Source: Lytechinus pictus
Taxonomy: Eukaryota
Assembly (NCBI RefSeq): GCF_037042905.1
Contig: NC_087245.1
Location: forward strand, 42,658,001 to 42,722,000
Direction: 5' to 3'
Length of the DNA stretch: 64,000 nucleotides
Below, in pieces: positions 12,001-24,300 of the stretch. The translations under genes were made by a program, and so were the position numbers. A model generated the notes under the pieces. That model worked only from the letters and a program-made list of their open reading frames with translations, had not been told where the DNA came from and ran no database searches. Numbering within the stretch: position 1 is the first letter of the stretch; every line of letters starts with the position of its first letter.

Positions 12001-15000
12001 CTGTGCAAGTTTCAGGTCACATGATCAAGGTCAAAGGTCATTTAGGGTCAATGAACTTTGGCCAAATTGGGGTATTTGTTGAATTACAGCCATAAATTTG
12101 AAAGTGTGTTGGTCTAGTTCATAAAACTTGGACATAATAATAATCAAGTATCACTGAACATCCTGTGCGAGTTTCAGGTCACATGATCAAGGTCAAAGGT
12201 CATGTAAGGTCAAAGAACTTTGGCCACGTTGGGGGTATTTGTTGAATTGCCATCATATCTCTATAAGTGTATTGGTCTAGTTCATAAAACGTGGAAATAA
12301 GAGTAACCAAGTATCACTGAACATCTTGTGCGAGTTATAGTAGTTTTCAAAATCAGCACTGCTGCTATATTGAATCGCGTGATGCAGGTGAGACGGCCAG
12401 AGGCATTCCACTTGTTCTAAGGTTGTGTTCTATAGACTGTTGAGTAAAATCACTATTGCTTTTCTATTTTTTAGCGTATATTGTTTCATAGATTGTAGAG
12501 TCAAATTGTTATTGCTGTTGTGTTCCTCAGGGTATATGTGAATGGAAGTGCAGTCACAAGCAAGACGTCATTGAGGCACGGTGACAGGATATTACTCGGC
12601 AACTACCATTTCTTCAGGATAAACTGCCCTCGTGCACCAGGAGTTGGTAAGGAATTACATTAGGTGCTATAGTTTGTTAGTTAGATAGATTGATGAATGA
12701 ATACATGGACATCTGTAATAAAATTCTCAATTAGAATGATGTGATTAAGGTAATTGGGCAACATTCTGAACCTGCTAGATTCCTGCCATTCATAAATTTT
12801 TCATAATTTTATGAATAACTTTATTAAAAACTGCTCTAGGTAACTTTGCTACTGGATACCCACTTAACACCTGGGTGGAGAGTGGCATAGTGTGGATTGA
12901 CGCTTCGCCAAAGCACATTAGGCTGCGGTCTGATTTGAACACAAGGCCCTTCTTATTTACAAGGCAAGATTCCAAACGGCTACACCATTACTCTTTCTCC
13001 TGAGGACGACAAGAATTCACTTGTCGAAACGTCGAGATTGGGTGGTCCTTTTCAGGACCAACACTTGCCCAAGAAAGATACATGGTGTACCGTGAAACCT
13101 ACCACACTATTCTTCTTCGTCATAGAAACCTTCAAAAGTTACACCATTACTCTTCCACACAATTAAAAATTCAATTTAATGAAATGTAATTGAAAGTTTA
13201 CTGCAAACCATATGCAAATAGTTACAATCAGTTTTAGATATTAGTTGCATCCTTTCATGTTACACCCCTTATCTGACAACTGGTCATTATGCCATTTGTA
13301 TTTTTGGTGAATTCTTAGGATCAAGTGGAACAACAACCCCTGAACCTGTAGCCCAGCCTGTTACAGAAAGCTTTGACTTTGATTATGCACAGAATGAAGT
13401 CATGATGCAAGAACTACACAACGGTATGTAACACAATCACATACTATAATGACTTTATATGCTGATGTTAAGTACATCTTTAAGGATACATATTTTACTT
13501 TTTTATTATAGCATTTGCAAGTTATATTGGTAGTTTAGGTTTAACTTTTGTGTGCAAGGATAGATACATGTACATGTATTTAGCAGTGAATTTTTTCACG
13601 GAAATCATTCCTAGCGAAATTCACAGATTGAAACAAAACTGAATTTTTTGTTTTCCTTGTACACTTTGGTGAACATGTCAACTGCAGACCTGCATTCCAT
13701 CCACATGTATGACTACCTCACATAATTCATACCGAATTCAATTTCAACAGGTTCATTCAAATTATAAGAATCATGTGAAATTCGAAAAAAAATTAAATAG
13801 AAATAAAAACACATATGAATCAGCTGATCTATGTACCCTTTCTAACATGATACATACATGTTCTATATATTTTTGTTTCTAATTTACTTCAGAAAAAGGA
13901 ACCTTGCATTATTATTATTCACATTCATAAAAGTCTCACCTGATAGTTTCATGCTAAAAAAAGCACATTACAAACAGATCAGTTTTTCTTTTGAGTTCAT
14001 GTTGATGATATAAGTACATGTATATTAAAGTAAAACACATTTTATGGAATCTGAAGATTCTAGATTGGGAAACTTCAATGTTCAAGTCAGGTAGAATTTC
14101 ATGATTTTGAAAAAAAAGGAGATATTTTTCACATCATGTGATTGATACACATCTTGTGTCTAGATTTACATGTATTTCAATTATCCAATGTCATTTTTTC
14201 AAGTTGTATCAGTAATTTCTACCCTTCAAAATATTTTTTTTATTCCTGCCAATACTTTATTTTAAATTTCATAAATATGCAATTCTCCGATTTTGTAAAG
14301 CGCAGTAGATAGATTTTGTCTATTATACACTTCATATATTAAGCTTTATTATTATTAGTATTATGATCACACCTATCAGATGAATGTTTCCTATGACCTT
14401 AATGTATATATTCATACCATCAGATCCCGTCCAAGCTGCAATGAAACTCTTAGAAGATCAACACCAGAAGGACAAAGATGGCGCCCTCTCCAAGCAGCGT
14501 GAGGCGTACGAGCAGGAGCTGGCCGCACTCAAGCAGCAGCTGCTTCCCAAGAACTCCACAGGTCACCAAACCAACAGCAGGCAGGAGGACAGAAGGATAG
14601 AGGATGAGGGAAACCAGAGCCAGAGTGGGGATGGGTCGTCGTTAGGGATGGGGTCGTCGCTAGGGGTGGAGCCATACGAGGAGTGGAGCGAAGATAGGTT
14701 GGTGGTGATCGATTGTGAGGATGTGTGTAGATACAAAGAGAAGTTTGCCTGATTCAAAAACATATGTAGAATACTTGTCATAATGTAGAGGGGGGGGGGG
14801 GGAGTAATTCAAGGGGAATGAATTTGTTGATAATTTATTCAATATATCTCTGTTATGACATAAAAAAGATGGAAAATGACTTCATTAATGTAATTAGTTT
14901 GATTATGCTATGAAAAATTGTTTCCCAGACCATGTTAAGTTAGCTATTAATTAGCTCTGGCAAACTTGCACTCACCTCACATACACTTGACATGACAAAA

Positions 15001-18000
15001 GGATTTTATTATGAATTGAACTAAACTTTTGACTCTGTAGAGGAAAGTTCAACGCCTTTTTGGAAATTCAAATCTTTCTCTGCAACAGGCCTACTCTGCA
15101 ATGATGTCCAGAATATCCGTCTAACGTTTAGCTCGATGTAAGACTTCAAATCTACTGAACTTTGCTATTATTCTAAGTATTCTTCATTGTGATATGCAAG
15201 CTATTTGTATTATGATATATATTTTTTTTCTATAGGGATGATATGTTCAGACAGAGCCTGGCCAAGCTGAGGGAAGACGTTGTCAAAGCAAACGCCCTAA
15301 TCAGAGAGGCCAACTTCCTGGGGGAGGAAATGGGGAAACAGACAGAGTTCAGAGTCACACTGCAAATACCCGCCTGTAACCTTACTCCAAATCGGAAGGT
15401 AGCTCTTCTATCAATTACACTTACTCCTCTATCACGATGCTGTAGAAAATTGCCGATTGTTTTTTGCAATTTCTGCAAGTTTTATAAAATTGCATGTGGC
15501 AATGCATGTTGCAAAGCAAAAAGAGGATATATTATTAAAGTTATTTCTATGCCTTTTCTCATTGAATGATCATTTAGATTGAAAAGGAATAGAATATGTG
15601 TTTCATTACTTCGGCCCTGTTTATTCATGTGCTTTCACAATTAATCTCTCTATCTGTAGCACAATGCAATGCATTTTGACATAAACTTTACCAATTCAGT
15701 GGTCATTTGGTTGATGAATTGAGCCAATAAAGTACACAAAGTTGTTCTAAAATATAAAGAAAATATCTCTTAAGATGAATAACCAGACCTCTGAATTGCT
15801 TTATTTTTGTATGTTTAATTATAACAGGTGGTTATTATACCTACATATATAGCTGTTATTTTCAGGAAATGAATTGAATGTATAATCAAGGGGAATTACA
15901 TCAGATTAAACCTTATATACTCACAACAATTTCAGATTTCTTTAATAAAATCGATATTCCTGTGTATATGAAATATAAATGTACTGGTAAACATATCTTA
16001 TGTCCATGATTTTGAATATCATGGAAAAATCCACATTCAAAAGTATATTAAACTTAAGATGATGAATATTCATGTTAAGAACTGACTTAACTATCTTTGT
16101 AACCTTTGATTTGATTGGTCAGAGGGGAGCAATAGTGAGTGAACCAGCCATTCAGGTGAAGCGTAAGGACAGGGGTACACAGATCTGGTCCGTGGAGAAG
16201 TTAGAGAATAAGATCATTGACATGCGTGATATGTACAACGATAGGAAAGATAAAGGCATTCCATTAAAGGTAAGATATGGTTTATGGATGAAAATAATCC
16301 AGTGGTACAGTGTTAAGATTTGTTTATCATACAGATGCTGTATTTCATTGAAATTTATTGATGATAGATGTCATTTGTATTTTGTTTGTACATATTCATT
16401 GTTACACAGGAGCGAGTACATGTACTTCCTTCACAGAAACATCTACTTATCAGTGCAGCTCAAGTTTCTTTTTATCTCAAGCATTGACCCCAAAATATAG
16501 GAGACCTATTTTTTAACATGTACCTCATTTATTTTGACCATGAAGAATTTATTCCTGTTATAAGAAGCTACGTACAAAGTTGTGCTTTATTAATCATCAT
16601 GTCCATGAGGGGTGTACTCACATCTGTTAGGTACTGTATATCAGGTATGTTGTTATATTGAAGTAGAATATTTTGAGATCAGAAGCACAGGACTTCTTTG
16701 GACAGAACATCGGTAAGATGACCTTAAAATCAGCAAACTGTGGCCATTGTTTTCTTTTTTATAAATATATTTTTTTATATAAATAATTTTCATATAAATA
16801 ATTTATGTGTGTCATTTTTATTTTCATGGGGAGACTTGTGTGTTCATGTATTCCTATGGTTTAAATTGTACACATTTTAGTACAAATTTACTCTTATTTG
16901 AAAAAAAGACCCACCCTCCCTAAAAAAAAGAAAAGGAAAAGAAATGTGAATTTTGAAGTAACTAATTGGTTCTGTTTATGCATTCCTGTTGCACTCAAAA
17001 GGATGAAGAAACAGATTCGCTTCGCAAGCTCTCCTTCTTTGAGTCACAGGTATACTTTTCAATCTGAATTTCTATTTTGTTTTTAGGTCTTGTTGTAGCT
17101 GTTCTTAGTACAGTAGAAGTACAAATAAGTCATGTAGACACGCTTATGATTTATTTAGGATAAGGCCATTAATTTAAAGGGATGGTCCAGGCTGGAGATA
17201 TTTTTATCTCAATAAATAGAATAAAATTCACAGAGCAAAATGCTGAAAATTTGATCAAAATCAGATAACAAATAACAAAGTTATTGAATTTTAAAGATTT
17301 GCATTATTCCAGTGAAACAGTTCTAGGAATGTTGTCATGAATATTCATTAGATGGGCTGATGATGTCATACTCCCACTTGTTCTTCTGTATTTTATTATA
17401 TGAAATTAGGTTTATTTAAAATCTTTCAACCAAGAACTAAAACAATTGGATTGACAACTGATTAAGTGCATTAGTTATTTATTGCCGCAACTTATTTCAT
17501 CATAATGGAGACACATCATTTACACATGTAAGAAAAAATGAAACATTAATGATTTCTTGCGATAACATAAGAAAAAAGAAAGTGGGGATGTGACATCATC
17601 AGTCCACCTAATGAATATTCATGACAATGTGCATATAACTTTTTTCCCAAAATATTTATAAATTTTAAAATTTAATAACTGTTATTTTTCATCCGATTTG
17701 GATGAAATTTTCAGCATTTTGCTCTGTGAATTTTACTCTATTTATTTAGATATAAATATATTTCAGCCCGGCCCATCCCTTTAATGAAATTCGTAATTTG
17801 AGAAGGGTGCGGGGGTTGATATTTTGATTGTGTCGGGAGGTTACTTTGAATTATAGCATATATATCTTACTTGTAATCAAGTTATTGAAAATGATGTTGG
17901 TCTCTCCTGAAAAATTATATGAACAAAACACACATGACTTCATACACTGTTGAAATTCTATAAAGTTAACCTAATTTACCAAAAATAGTTCAGGGTAAAA

Positions 18001-18299
18001 TATGGTTAATTTAATATTTATTCATATAAGTCTATCATTATTCAAAATCCCTCTGATTTTATAAAGATGAAGTTTTTTGGAACATGCTAGGATTGAAAAT
18101 GATGAATATGAATATTAACCACTTGACTGCTATAGGCTATAATGCGCTCTGACCCCCTGGTGCTAAGGCACTTTTTACACACACAAATGCACATGCTCAA
18201 ATCACTCAATTTGCAATTGTAATTGAAAAACAAAGATCTATATTATAAAACTGATAACTGCATTCACATAAATATAGCATATATGTTGTTTCATGTAGC

Positions 18300-18358
<59 letters not shown>

Positions 18359-21300
18359 ATATGATATAGGTGTTTATTTTACATGTTGCTAAAAATTTAC
18401 TATGGATGAAGACACATGGAACCTGTTTATGAAAAGGCAAAATAAAATTGTAATTTAAAAAAAAAATGAGGGGCAAAGACAAAATAAAATTGTATTTCAA
18501 CTTACCAATTGTCATGTTCCCTGCATCATCCACTCCTTCAAGTCAAAATCAAAATATCTCTGTTCGTCATCCAAACAAGTTCTCCATGTTCCAATTTCCA
18601 AAATGTAACACAACACAAAGGTTCCAAGTTCCAACAAGTAACAACACAAACTTTGTCTATTCCAATGTTTATTCACCAATGGTTTGTAAAATGTCTAGTT
18701 ATCTGCTAAATTCTCCAATAAATCAATATTACTTTGTCATGCTGCTCAAGGGATCCTGTTCATCTTGGCGACTTTATTTTCCGAAGAAATTACACATTCT
18801 TTGTAATGTCATACTGAGTATGCCACACTTCCCAACAATTTTTGTCAGGTGAGTGCTGGCACTTTTCACAAACTTTTATGCAAATCCCTGGCTTGGTTTT
18901 CAGTGAAGGATGGTCCTTACAGGTCTTGCATATGTAAGCTGTGGATGTACGGTGACCTCTAGCTTGGCATACTCGGCAGTTTCTTTGTGTAGTTCCCTTT
19001 TTTCCAGTGCTTGGAACTGAAGCTGGGAGGTGCAGCTTGTTATTCAAACGCACTCCCTCTTCTGAATTACATCTCGGCGCTTGTTGTCCTAGACGAGGTT
19101 GTACTTCTTGAAGCTGATGTTCCCCTGTCCATGATTTCACAACTTGCAGCACAAACCATCTGAAGGAATACTTATTGTTCCCTTGCTCCTTCAAGAACAG
19201 TCTGTATGAATTGTATTGCATCTGGAGTAAGAGCCGAATGGCTAGTTTTTGGTACCACTTCAAGGTCTTCCTCATTGGACAGAGACTTTGTAGCCCAAGT
19301 ACCTGATCAGTTCTGTCAACTCCCCCCATGTGGTGGTTGTACTCTGAGACACATTTTGGTTTGATTATGCGTTGAGGAGGGTCGCGCCTTGTCTTTCTGC
19401 CAGTATCAACAGTAGTACAATCATGGATAGTGGACAGCATATGAACAATCTTGGGCTTCCCTGATGACCTGTCCTGTGCCTCTCTATACTTCACACCTAG
19501 CAATTTCTTGTTTTCATCTAAGAAATGCACAATCTGTCCCCTCTCTAGGTTTTCATCATTCAGTTGTTGAGTTGGCATTCTTTGTCTGTTTGCTTTCACA
19601 GTTCCACAAAGGTATGTCTGCTTTGTCTCAAGGTATGTCGCCAACTGTGGACTGGTATAATAGTTATCAGTGTAAACATGATAACCACTACCAAAGTATG
19701 GTTCAACAAGGTTCAATGTAATTTGCTCGCTCTTGAGAAATACATAGTTTGGATCTTGATATATGATATCACGATCAGACCCAGTATGAACCCGAAGAGA
19801 CATGGTGATGCCATCCGAAGTGCACAGTGGGTAGATTTTGATACCAGCACGAGCACGTTTTGTCCTGATAGACTGCTTGAAGATCAGGCGACCTCGAAAT
19901 AGCACCAAGGATTCATCCACTGAAAGTTCCCTTGTAGGTGTGAACACAAGTTGGCATCTTTCATTGATAGCATCAATGAATGGTCTGATCTTGTAAAGTC
20001 TGTCCCTGTCAGCTGCTGCAGGATCATATCCTGGTGCCAAGTTGTCATTGAAATGTAAACAACGTTTGAGTAACATGAATCTGTCCCGACTCATTATAGA
20101 ACTAAATCCAGGTGTAGATGACAGAAATTCCTTGGACCAGTATTCACTATATTTGCCCTTTTTTACCAATCCAGTTAGGAACAAAGTCCCTAGGAATTTC
20201 TTCATTTCTTTTCGATTAGTTGGTTGCCATCTTCTCAGTCGAGATTTGTCTTTCAGTGTTCCTGATGCTGTCTCTGCTTGAATTAGTTGGACTGCAAACT
20301 TGTTTGTTTCATCAACGATATGCTCAACAATGTTGTCTGTTATGTACAGCTCAAAAAAATCAACAGGGGTTGGATTGTCTGGCATACTGTCTTTGATATT
20401 CCCTGGAATGCCTGGTACAGGCGTGAACTGGTAAATATTTGGAATATGGGCTCGAACCTTGTCCCATCTTGTTGGTGCAGCCTTGCGATTTTGTCCACCC
20501 TGCCCACGTCCACGTCCACGTCCTCTTGCTTGTTGACGTCCTCGTTGTGCTGGCTGACCACGTCCTGGAGCATCTTCTGAGTCGGTAGAATTATCAGAAT
20601 CAGAAATATTTTGGTAATTGGGATGTGGTGATGGTGGTCTGTATTCCTCATCTGATGAATCACTGACACTACTATTACTAACATTTGATCTACCAGGCGA
20701 AGGCTGTGATGCAGCACTTGTTGATGGAATGTCAATTCTAGAAAGTCTCACTGAAGACCTGCGAGTGCAAGCACTGATAACTTGCTCATTGCACTCATCA
20801 TCTGAAGAATTATCTCCACTATCATCTCCATCTGCCTGCATTTGTGCAGCAGAGTCAGAGAGATTGGGTTGAAAGTCAGTATCTCTACGCCGTTTCTTCT
20901 GAATGGGACTAGATCTATTGGGACTGCAACCAACAGAAACTTGGGGGAAAAAATTGTCTATTTCCGCATCACTTTCCTCATCACTACTTCCAATATCCAT
21001 TAAAAAATCATCCTCACCTTCTGACACAGATCCTTCACTAAAATTATCGCTCCTATCGTCAAAAGTTTCATCAAAATCCTTTTGATTTGCTTCTCCACTG
21101 TGCGTCGCCATTTTGAACTGAGACGCCATACACTTTCACTGTAGAAAGTGAATACAAACCTTTATAAATCACTGCAAAAGTTTCGATAACTTTTGTGGAA
21201 TAGCGCCATCTGTTGTCCATAATCTTAAATTTGATATGCATGTGCTGTTTTCGTTGTGGGGGTATAAACAGCGCGGTGCTGACGCCTCAAAGAGAAGGAA

Positions 21301-24300
21301 GGTTGAGCACGTAATATTACGGGCAACGCACAGATCGTACGATCGCCCAGCACGTAATATTACGTGCTACGCAGTCAAGTGGTTAAGGTGATAAAAAGTC
21401 ACATTTTGATGATTTTGGTTTCTCAGATATTGAGTAAAATGACTATATTAATTATATGATAAAAGAAGAAGAAAATAGTTAAGTAGTACATTAGATAAAA
21501 TTATAACTAGAGAGTGGAAAATAAAATGTGCATCATGGTTTGTTTTTACTTGACATTGCTTGCCAATCTTTGGCTAGGACTCGCTCGCATCTCCAATGTG
21601 TCTACTACCATTGCCATTGCCACTGTTTAAGGTTTGAAATCTTGTACTTTCATGTGTATAGACTGCATGATATGTTGCCTACATGTATGTACTCCGTTTC
21701 AGGCAACTGTAGTTGAACATTAGAAAATGATTTTCTGGCAATGAAATAATGGCAGTGAGGATAATTGCAAACTCGTACAGGCATTTTTTTTGTGTCCCAA
21801 ACTAACTTTATTGATGGTTTGAAATAGGACTGAGTCAAACCAACCAATTTGATTAATGTACAAAGAAACATTTTCAAACAAATGAAAGAAAAATAACAGC
21901 AACTTAGGATTAATTGAAAAAAATCATTCAAACTTGTGACTTTCATTTATAGGCCCAGCAGGTTCACATAAAATCATGCGTAAATTGTATTTTGAAACAA
22001 ACAATTATATTTGGCTATAAAAATTTGTTATAGATGTACATGTATTCACATAAATTTGTCATTTTAGAATGACAATATTTTTTGAAATTATAATCTCTTT
22101 ATCACTCATCTATTGAAGAAATTTGTTTCTAATTTCTTTATCTTGCTATATTTTGCTCATGCAATATGTGCTTATAATGAACATATATGTAGTTATTCTA
22201 CTTGTGATGTCAAAAGAGTGTACAAAGTCTTGTATTACAGTGGCATGGTAGTGTATGTTAGAAAGCTTCTTCTTTACTTCACTCAGAAGAATTAAGAAAT
22301 CACTTATCTGTCTCGTCATCAACATTGCAGAAATGTTTCTATCCCCCATTAGGACAAATATACATGTACATGTAGCATTACAATAAAAAAATTCCTATCA
22401 AATACAGAAAAAGTCTTCAGTCAATGAACTGCAGTTGTAGAAAAGCACATGGATAGCTCTTTTATTTTTTTTCTCTCTTTTTTTCTGTCTGTCTGTCTAT
22501 CTATGTGTCTGTCTCTCTCTCTCTTCATCGACTAATTCACAAATAAGAAAAAGTATTGTTTAATTCTAACATTTAACTATGGTCTACCAATAGTGACTGT
22601 TCCATCTACACTGTCCAGTGCCTTGATTGTATTTATGGAGAAAGAGTTGCAATCAATTGCTTCCCCAAAGATCTTTGACAAGTCTTTTTAATGGGCACTA
22701 CTTTTTGTTTGAAAATCAAGTTGCATGTGGCTTTTTGGAGTTAGGTTCCTCATATCTTACCTTAATGAGTTGTACAGCCCAACCTGCTGTAGTGACCATT
22801 TGTCAGTACAGACAATTAGTTTTTTTTGTCTCACCTGCATAGCAGAGTGAGACTATAGGCGCCGCTTTTCCGACGGCGATGGCGGCGGCGACGGCGACGG
22901 CGGCGTCAACACCAAATCTTAACCTGAGGTTAAGTTTTTGAAATGACAGCATAACTTAGAAAGTATATGGACCTAGTTCATGAAACTTGGCCATAAGGTT
23001 AATCAAGTATTACTGAACATCCTGCCTGAGTTTCATGTCACATGACCAAGGTCAAAGGTCATTTAGGGTCAATGAACTTAGACCATGTTGGGGGAATCAA
23101 CATCAAAATCTTAACCTAAGGTTAAGTTTTTGAAATGTCATCATAACTTAGAAAATATATGGACCTAGTTCATGAAACTTATACATAAGGTTAATCAAGT
23201 ATCACTGAACATCCTGCATGAGTTTCACGTCACATGACCAAGGTCAAAGGTCATTTAGGGTCAATGAACTTTGGCCGAATTGGGGGTATCTGTTGAATTA
23301 CCATCATAACTTTGAAAGTTTATGGATCTGATTCATGAAACTTAGACATAATAGTAATCAAGTATTACTGAACATCCTGTGCAAGTTTCAGGTCACATGA
23401 TCAAGGTCAAAGGTCATTTAGGGTCAATGAACTTTGGCCAAATTGGGGTATTTGTTGAATTACAGCCATAAATTTGAAAGTGTGTTGGTCTAGTTCATAA
23501 AACTTGGACATAATAGTAATCAAGTATCACTGAACATCCTGTGCGAGTTTCAGGTCACATGATCAAGGTCAAAGGTCATGCCCTTAGAGACAATTTTCTT
23601 GCCTTTCTTTGATGGTCTGTATGTTCAGGTTGACTATATTATATTTATCATTCCTAGAAAGTTGTTCTTTACAGTTAGTATACAATCTTGATATTTGTGT
23701 CAAATTTGGTTTATTACCCATGCATGTACAAGTACATGAAGACTGCAGACAATACATTAGCTTTAAAAAAAGGGGATTGAGTTCAAATTAAATCAATGCC
23801 CCTAATGATTGCACCATTGTTACTGTTTCACATGTTATTTTCTGAATATTATACTTGATGTAAGGTTTTTGTTTTTATATTCCCTAAAAGCTATTTTGTG
23901 TTTTGTAGTTATCTTTTCAAATCATTCACAAGAGCATGCATTTGTCACATTTAAAACTGGCATGATGAATTGAAACTTATGTTTACTTTGTTCATGCTCA
24001 TGATGCTTACGTTATTTGACAACTATGTGTGTGTTTTTTCTCTTTTACATATAGATAAATTCATATGAACATGCTCATAAGTAAACCATGTTCTCTATGT
24101 CGCATGTTGTTAGAAGAAGTATAGATTTACTTTTTTCCTTTCAATGTCATTGCACTATTTCTGTGAAGAAACAATTCATCTTTCAATTATATAGCTTAAC
24201 TGCATGTAATTGTAAAACAATCTCTCAGTTAACTTGCAATGATATAGTGTACTTTGTAAATTATTTTTTTTAACAAAAAAAAAATCCTTTTGAATCAATA

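Larger units (their letters stand above)
12845..13160 (-). mobile_element. tRNA-derived SINE (partial), interrupted by the Penelope-like insert
   Basis: Reverse complement matches the heads of copies at 39701 and 41838 (TGGTGTAG A-box; ccactctccacccaggtgttaa core). Confidence 0.8.
18119..21382 (-). mobile_element. Full-length piggyBac DNA transposon
   Basis: TTAA at 18115-18118 and 21383-21386; perfect 12-bp TIR CCACTTGACTGC / GCAGTCAAGTGG; single transposase ORF. Confidence 0.96.

Noticed and set aside
19464..21085. Plus-strand ORFs overlapping the transposase
   Set aside because: Antisense shadow ORFs of the transposase coding sequence.
24055..24083. Possible small exon after a strong pyrimidine tract
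   Set aside because: 26 nt to a weak donor is not frame-preserving, and read-through hits a stop; no other support.
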